From an uncultured Methanosarcinales archaeon (GTDB taxonomy: Archaea; Nanobdellota; Nanobdellia; Woesearchaeales; CAZGIN01), in NCBI GenBank assembly GCA_964526585.1, contig CAZGIN010000001.1, forward strand, positions 1 through 36,962: a stretch of DNA of 36,962 nucleotides. The letters are read 5' to 3'. A program made the position numbers and the translations under genes. Every line of letters starts with the position of its first letter. Positions within the stretch are counted from its first letter, which is position 1. The notes beneath the pieces were generated by a model, which made no database searches, had not been told where the DNA came from, and worked only from the letters and a program-made list of their open reading frames with translations. This document shows, piece by piece, positions 31,792 to 36,962 of this stretch.

Positions 31792-32499
31792 TCATCTAAA
31801 AAGCAATGATGCTCCTGACAAGAATATCAGTCCTAATATCACATATCTGAATATCTTTTCGTCCATCTTTTTGTATGCATAATGCCCTATTATTACAGCC
31901 AAAGCAAAAAATGGCAGTGCATACAATACTTTTATCATTATGTCGTATGTTATCATCTGGTTGTACATCAGTAATGGGATCCTCAGAAAATTTGTTATTG
32001 CCAATGTTCCGATAATTGTTGATTTTATAACTTTCTTTCTGTTTAGCCTGCTGTTTATGTAGCTTACATATATAGGTGCTCCTGCTGTGTACAGTCCTGA
32101 TACTGTTCCTGCTATAAATCCCCATATCGGGCCTGCTTTCTTGTTGACTTTTATGCTTGGTTTTATCACAGCAAACACAGCATAGCCCATTATCAATACT
32201 CCTAGTATTATCCTTAATATTTCAGGATCTGAATATTTCAGGAGCGTTATCCCTATTGCTAATCCTATTGTTGCAGCAAATATCAGCTCTTTCACGACTT
32301 CTTTGTTGATGTGCTTCCTGTGCTGTGTTATCATCACTAGGCTGAAGATCAAGAAATAGATGCTCATTATCGCTATAGTGTCCTGCATCGGAAATGCATA
32401 CAGCAGTATCGGTATAGAGACTAAACTTGCTGAGAATCCTGCTATGCTCTGCAAGAAGAATCCTAATGCTATTGCAATGATTAAAAGGAGTATTTCCAT
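31792..32499 (-). CDS. TauE/SafE (TSUP, DUF81) family membrane transporter
   Basis: 235 aa and polytopic. N-terminus ...GFFLQSIAGFSASLVSIPILL is typical of the family. Confidence 0.8.
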   Translation of the reverse strand: MEILLLIIAIALGFFLQSIAGFSASLVSIPILLYAFPMQDTIAIMSIYFLIFSLVMITQHRKHINKEVVKELIFAATIGLAIGITLLKYSDPEILRIILGVLIMGYAVFAVIKPSIKVNKKAGPIWGFIAGTVSGLYTAGAPIYVSYINSRLNRKKVIKSTIIGTLAITNFLRIPLLMYNQMITYDIMIKVLYALPFFALAVIIGHYAYKKMDEKIFRYVILGLIFLSGASLLFR

Positions 32500-32644
32500 G
32501 ATCTGATCTCTATGATTTTTGAGCGGTTATAGTCTCTTCTTTTGCTGCAGTATTTTCACCAACAGATGTCATTGGTTGCTTCTGCTCTTTTATCTTCCAC
32601 AAGATTCTTCTGTTGTTTCAGTGTCTGCAACAGTTATATCATAC

Positions 32645-33367
32645 TTAGGAACTTTTCGTAGATTCTTCTGTTGGTTCTTTTTTCGCTTCTTTAGCTGGTT
32701 TAGCTTCAGTCTTTTCTTTCTTATCTTCCTTCACTATTTCTGCTTCAGCATCTACCAGTTCTTTTATCTTGTCTTGCATTATCTTCTTTGCTTCTTCTGG
32801 TAGAGGTACGTTTTCAGGCATTTTTACTGTGAACTTACCTTCTTTTTCAGAAACTTCAGCATCAAGCTGCACCATCATGTTCACCAGTGCTTTTATCTTC
32901 TCTTTTTTGTCCTCAACTTTTTTGATGATCTTGTATTTGTACACTACTTCCTGGCCTGATAATGGGTGGTTGAAATCTACTAGTGTCCTTCCGCCTGATA
33001 CTGTCTTTACTAGTCCCATATATCCGTCTATATTAACTTGTAGTCCTGGCTGTGGCTGTATGCCTTGTTTCTTGAATTTTGCTGTTGATATCAGCTGCAC
33101 TAATTTTGCATCTTTTTTGCCAAATGCATCTTCTGGCTGCAGTACAACTTCAAATTCTCCCATCTCTTTGCCTTCCAGATCATGGTCAAGGCCTTTTATG
33201 ACATGCTGTTCTCCTACGCATACTGTAACAGGGCCGTATTTCCCTTTTTCATTGAATATCTCGTTGTCTTTTGCTGTTTTTTCATCAGTTGTGTCAAATA
33301 TCATTCCTGAGTCTTTTAGTCTTCCTGTGTATTCCAGCTCGATAAAGTCTTTCTTTTGTATTGCCAT
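32645..33367 (-). CDS. FKBP-type peptidyl-prolyl cis-trans isomerase (long archaeal/SlyD-like type)
   Basis: 240 aa. DFIELEYTGRLKDSGMIFDTT, VTVCVGEQHVIKGLDHDLEGKEMGE, insert-in-flap region, Lys/Glu-rich tail. Confidence 0.85.
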   Translation of the reverse strand: MAIQKKDFIELEYTGRLKDSGMIFDTTDEKTAKDNEIFNEKGKYGPVTVCVGEQHVIKGLDHDLEGKEMGEFEVVLQPEDAFGKKDAKLVQLISTAKFKKQGIQPQPGLQVNIDGYMGLVKTVSGGRTLVDFNHPLSGQEVVYKYKIIKKVEDKKEKIKALVNMMVQLDAEVSEKEGKFTVKMPENVPLPEEAKKIMQDKIKELVDAEAEIVKEDKKEKTEAKPAKEAKKEPTEESTKSS

Positions 33368-33430
33368 GATCTTAACCTCATTATCTTGATTAGGAGAAGG
33401 AGTATTATTGCGTTTTTAATGGTTGTGGTT

Positions 33431-33970
33431 TTACTTGTTGATCTTTTCCAGAATTCTCTCCACTATCTTTTCTGGCTTCAAAGAGGTGGTATCAATTACT
33501 AAGTCATAATTAGCCTCGTCATCGATATCTATAGAATAATATTTTTTATACCTTCTACGTTCAGATTCCATCCTTTTCTTGATCTGAGCAATGGTATCGC
33601 CCAAACCAGATGCTTTCTCCACGCTGGCATCCCTTTTATCCCCTATTATCCTTTCCGCTCCAGTCTTTAAGTCAACTGTAAGCCTTATCTTGAAGCTGTC
33701 TGGGATAAAATAGTATGATGCCCTTCCGTCTATGACAAAATTGTCTTCAGTCAATCCAAGAACGACATTTCTTTCATCGATCTCTTTGTCTATCTTGCCG
33801 TTATCGTTTTCAGCGGTCTTCCCAAGCTCTTCTAAGGATATTCCTCTCTCTTTTGCCATCTCTCTCATAAAATCTCCGCTTGAGAAATGCTTATACTTTA
33901 AGGAAGCTGCCAGCATCTTTGCTATTGTGCTCTTCCCGCTTCCTGGAGTGCCGGAGATGGTTATCTTCAT
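33431..33970 (-). CDS. cmk: cytidylate kinase, archaeal type
   Basis: 179 aa. P-loop ITISGTPGSGKSTIAKMLA. ...FSSGDFMREMAKERGISLEEL matches archaeal CMP kinases. Confidence 0.8.
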   Translation of the reverse strand: MKITISGTPGSGKSTIAKMLAASLKYKHFSSGDFMREMAKERGISLEELGKTAENDNGKIDKEIDERNVVLGLTEDNFVIDGRASYYFIPDSFKIRLTVDLKTGAERIIGDKRDASVEKASGLGDTIAQIKKRMESERRRYKKYYSIDIDDEANYDLVIDTTSLKPEKIVERILEKINK

Positions 33971-34230
33971 TTAGCTGCCTTTAGCTGCTTCAGCTCGTCT
34001 TCGTATGCTTTTGCTATGTCTTCTTCGAGCTCTTTCTTTGTTATCAGCTTTTTCTTCAATAGAAGATCTGTTATCACTCCTATCAGTATCCTGGTATCGT
34101 GCAGCTCGAACTTGTTATAGATGACCTGTTCTGGCATATCAGGAAGCTTTGCGGAGTCTATCTGCTTTTTTGCTTCCTTCTCCATCAAAGAGGAATACTT
34201 CTCCTTTTCCTTTGCGTATCTTAGTGCCAT
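33967..34230 (-). CDS. hypothetical helical protein
   Basis: 87 aa from ATG 34230 (track start 34245 is TTG). Start lies just after the upstream stop, and the 3' end overlaps the cmk start by 4 nt. Confidence 0.45.
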   Translation of the reverse strand: MALRYAKEKEKYSSLMEKEAKKQIDSAKLPDMPEQVIYNKFELHDTRILIGVITDLLLKKKLITKKELEEDIAKAYEDELKQLKAAK

Positions 34231-34231
34231 C

Positions 34232-34462
34232 TTAGCTCTTCGCAACTATCATGGTGCTTGTCAGCTTGACATCATCCATCGATCTTATGCTTTCTATCAT
34301 GAATTTTCCCAGCGCTTCTGCGTTCTCGATCTCTACTTTTAGGATCAGGTCCCATTCACCGAATAATACGAATGCCTCTTTCACTTCCGGCAGCGATTTA
34401 AGGTCGTCCATTACTTTTGTCTCGTCGCACTCTTTTAGTTGCATCAACACAAATGCTATCAT
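34232..34462 (-). CDS. stand-alone Lrp/AsnC ligand-binding (RAM) domain protein
   Basis: 76 aa. MIAFVLMQLKECDETKVMDDLKSLPEVKEAFVLFGEWDLILKVE... is typical of the AsnC_trans_reg fold. Confidence 0.7.
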   Translation of the reverse strand: MIAFVLMQLKECDETKVMDDLKSLPEVKEAFVLFGEWDLILKVEIENAEALGKFMIESIRSMDDVKLTSTMIVAKS

Positions 34463-34507
34463 TGTTCATCCCTCCTAAAGCAAATAGAATTCAGTGCTAT
34501 TTAAATC

Positions 34508-35497
34508 TTATCCAAAGAGATATCCTTTTTCGTGTCTTGTCATTTCCAGAAGCCTGATCGCTTTCTCTGCCTGTTTTTCAGTCTTTCCTGCCTCGTCAAA
34601 GGATCTTCTCAGTTCATCGCTTACTGGTTCCATCCCCATCTCATAATGGAATCCTACAAAGCTGACTTGAAAAGTAGGATAATATTCTGCAAGCCCTATT
34701 ATCCCGTTATACGGCCTTATGAAGATCCCTGTGAAGAATTCTGTTTTTTCTGGGGGCATATGCTCTGCTTCTGTTTTTGTGAAAACTACTGCTCCGTATA
34801 TCCCTGCAGGTATGCCTTTTCCAAACATATAGATCATTGCAGCTTCTGTCTCTTCTCCAAACACTCCTTTCTTCCTGTGGATCAATGTCAGGTCTATAGG
34901 CTCGGATACCCGTTCTTTGCAAAGCTCAAGAGTGTTTCTTGGAGATTCAAGATATCTGTTGAACATGAACTTGAAAAAACCGTCTTGTGCTTCAAGATTT
35001 GGAAGAGCCTCTATTGGTTTCATATTTGATAGGTAATGTTTATAGGTCTGGTGGAATAGGCTGTCTATCTTTAGCCTTTCTCTTTGGAATATGAACAGGT
35101 CAGCTGCATGCCTTTGTGTCGCCGGAATTATTATGGGATTTTCTCTGCTTTCATACTTGCCGAAAGCCTCTGTTATGACTCTCATCCAATAATGAGCTTC
35201 AACTCTGTCTTTGGACGCAACTCCTACGAATAGCTGGGACGCTGCATTATCGCATACTCTGCAGTCGTCTATGAATATTGTCGTAAGTTGTGGGCCGTTT
35301 AGGTAGCTTATATAGGCTGTAGTCTCTGTCCCGTCTAGGTTTATAGGCCTTCTGACAGTATTTGCTAATGCTTCGCCTGCTTCTGCTAGTATCCATTCAA
35401 GAGGGGACTCTGATAGGGTTTTCCTTTCTATGCAGAATCCCTTTAGGAATATGCTTATATCGCTTTCAGGCATTTCAACACTGTAGTCTAGAGACAT
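34508..35497 (-). CDS. hypothetical protein
   Basis: 329 aa, ATG start, non-repetitive. First gene of the minus-strand string orf329, RAM, orf87, cmk. No motif recognised. Confidence 0.55.
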   Translation of the reverse strand: MSLDYSVEMPESDISIFLKGFCIERKTLSESPLEWILAEAGEALANTVRRPINLDGTETTAYISYLNGPQLTTIFIDDCRVCDNAASQLFVGVASKDRVEAHYWMRVITEAFGKYESRENPIIIPATQRHAADLFIFQRERLKIDSLFHQTYKHYLSNMKPIEALPNLEAQDGFFKFMFNRYLESPRNTLELCKERVSEPIDLTLIHRKKGVFGEETEAAMIYMFGKGIPAGIYGAVVFTKTEAEHMPPEKTEFFTGIFIRPYNGIIGLAEYYPTFQVSFVGFHYEMGMEPVSDELRRSFDEAGKTEKQAEKAIRLLEMTRHEKGYLFG

Positions 35498-35557
35498 AAT
35501 TGATGAGAATTTCTAAATCTTAATAAAAATCTTACTATTCTATAATAGTATCTTGGC

Positions 35558-36469
35558 TCAGACATCTCTTATTGTTATGGTCCTTCCTCTCCATTGCTCA
35601 TATTGTTCTGGAAGATCTCCAAGCTTGTATCCTGTTGCTGTGCTTTCTATGTAATAGTACTTCTTTCCGTTGTGCTCCCAGTATGCGCCGTCGCAGTTTG
35701 CGCAGTTCACTCCTACTACAAGATGTCCGGGAATGTCCAGCAGTACTATATCAACATTCAAGTCCTTCAATATTGATGCAGCAAGATACGTAAAGTCCTC
35801 GCAGTCTCCTTTGCCATCCCATAATGTCTCTATAGGATATCTTGGGTATGGCTGTCCTTTTGTGGTATTATCGTCTACATACTCCATGTTCTGCACAAAG
35901 CTCATGACGAATTCTGCTTTGCTCTTATAATTATTATTGTCGATAGCTTTCTGTATCTCGTTTGCGATGTCCACTATCAGAGGGTCAGAAGGAGTAAGAT
36001 AGTGCTCTTTTGTCGTTGCCCTTTTCTTGTTCAGATAATATTCATACCAGTCTCTGTTTATGTTTAATTTAAGAGTGTTTGTCTTGCCCGCATACTGCCA
36101 TGTATATTCTCTTGAGTATGCTGCTGCTGCTTCTGGATGTGCATCAACTGAATCCATAAGCCCGTCTCCGTCAGAATCAAGATATCCTTGATCTGCTTCT
36201 CCGCCTTGTTCTGTATGATCTGGTAAGGCCAGCCCTTGCACAGCTCCTTTTGAGTATCCTTCAAGCATCTTATCCAGTGCTTCCACCTTGTCAAGCTGTA
36301 TGCTTAGGTTCAGCTTAAGCTTGAAGTTCTCGTCTGCCAGCTGGCCTGCCCTCTCTTCATATCTTTTTGCTGCTTCATCACTGGAGAAGCTGAAAAGTAT
36401 CAGTGCTGCTATTATGAATACTCCCAGGCCGATCGCGGCCATCCTCCAGAACACCATATCTTTTTTCAT
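35558..36469 (-). CDS. membrane-anchored transglutaminase-like (papain-fold) protein
   Basis: 303 aa. N-terminal TM, coiled coil, Asp-rich DSDGDGLMDSVD (Ca-binding-like), then WDGKGDCEDFTYLAASIL...IPGHLVVGV, which resembles the Cys/His core of the transglutaminase-like superfamily. Confidence 0.65.
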   Translation of the reverse strand: MKKDMVFWRMAAIGLGVFIIAALILFSFSSDEAAKRYEERAGQLADENFKLKLNLSIQLDKVEALDKMLEGYSKGAVQGLALPDHTEQGGEADQGYLDSDGDGLMDSVDAHPEAAAAYSREYTWQYAGKTNTLKLNINRDWYEYYLNKKRATTKEHYLTPSDPLIVDIANEIQKAIDNNNYKSKAEFVMSFVQNMEYVDDNTTKGQPYPRYPIETLWDGKGDCEDFTYLAASILKDLNVDIVLLDIPGHLVVGVNCANCDGAYWEHNGKKYYYIESTATGYKLGDLPEQYEQWRGRTITIRDV

Positions 36470-36482
36470 TTGTCAGGATATC

Positions 36483-36614
36483 TCATTTCTTCCTGTTGAT
36501 GAACTCAACATGGCATGCCTTCTTTATCCAGCATTCTTTGCACTGCTCTATCTGGTCATATTTCTTGCCGAAGCACTTGTCGTTCTCAAATTTAGCCATC
36601 TTTGGGATTCCCAT
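36483..36614 (-). CDS. possible 43-aa Cys-rich micro-protein (not in the ORF track)
   Basis: Hand translation gives MGIPKMAKFENDKCFGKKYDQIEQCKECWIKKACHVEFINRKK, with four Cys. Lies directly upstream of the transglutaminase-like gene. Confidence 0.25.
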   Translation of the reverse strand: MGIPKMAKFENDKCFGKKYDQIEQCKECWIKKACHVEFINRKK

Positions 36615-36650
36615 TTTAGAATAAAAGAATAAAGGCTGTTTTAAATGTTT

Positions 36651-36962
36651 CTATGATCTTATGAGATTCTTGTTTGATTTGTATGCTCTTGTCTTTCCTG
36701 CTTCTGTGTCAAACTTTGCTATCGCTCCTTGTACTTTGATGTTTCCCAGTATGCTTAGCTTTGTCTGCACTGAGTATGTCATGATCCTTTCTTCTCCTGC
36801 ATCAAGCTGCTCTATCTCCCATTTTATGATAGTTCCCTTTGAAGGGTGTTTTAGTATCTTTGATGGGTGCAGCACGCCTACTTCAAAATCTTTGAGGACT
36901 TCTGCTAGGTGGGGGACTTTGTCGCTTATCTTGATGTTTTTCACATCTCTCCTGCTTCTGTT
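36651..36962 (-). CDS. C-terminal part of a larger protein, partial (open to the window edge)
   Basis: The reading frame has no stop between 36944 and the window end. The track start at 36944 is only a GTG. The beta-rich sequence (...WEIEQLDAGEERIMTYSVQTK...) resembles surface-protein repeat domains. Confidence 0.4.
   Translation of the reverse strand, partial: NRSRRDVKNIKISDKVPHLAEVLKDFEVGVLHPSKILKHPSKGTIIKWEIEQLDAGEERIMTYSVQTKLSILGNIKVQGAIAKFDTEAGKTRAYKSNKNLIRS

Overview
This window is an AT-rich archaeal chromosome segment, mostly transcribed on the minus strand. Archaeal markers are Alba, ribosomal protein eS17, RNAP subunit Rpo11/L, the ftsZ-secE-spt5-rpl11 block, archaeal-type CMP kinase, a PAC2 proteasome chaperone, TTTATAAA TATA boxes about 26-29 nt upstream of several start codons, and a tRNA with inferred introns. 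Long low-complexity extensions on housekeeping proteins hint at a small-genome, DPANN-like lineage; that is inference only. All domain calls come from motifs read by eye, with no database searches.

Main blocks:
- **723-8461 (-):** a tightly packed deoxynucleotide operon: nrdJ paralog, orphan ORF, ATP-cone nrdJ paralog, PduO-type adenosyltransferase, DUF192, thyA, folA. Its upstream leader is structured.
- **8.8-16.8 kb:** housekeeping genes: pepF, an AbrB-PhoU regulator, tRNA-Arg, Alba, eS17, GGPP synthase, UppS, Rpo11 and a METTL5-like methyltransferase.
- **about 16.0-20.4 kb:** an accessory, repeat-dense region. This is the most unusual part of the window. It holds 18 copies of an ATTCCCA-type 8-mer, mostly spaced 10-11 bp apart. 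It also has phased T-tracts and two coiled-coil/wHTH genes. A short serine recombinase and a roughly 150-bp segment that is almost pure A/T are also here. The core is bracketed by a perfect 16-bp inverted repeat (16890-16905 / 20200-20215).
- **20416-22749 (+):** the AmmeMemoRadiSam trio.
- **22.8-36.9 kb:** PAC2, a P-type ATPase with an upstream AbrB-like micro-ORF, a coiled-coil trypsin-like lipoprotein, rpl11-spt5-secE-ftsZ, TauE, FKBP, cmk, an Lrp-RAM protein, orphan ORFs and a transglutaminase-like membrane protein.

I saw no CRISPR array and no rRNA.
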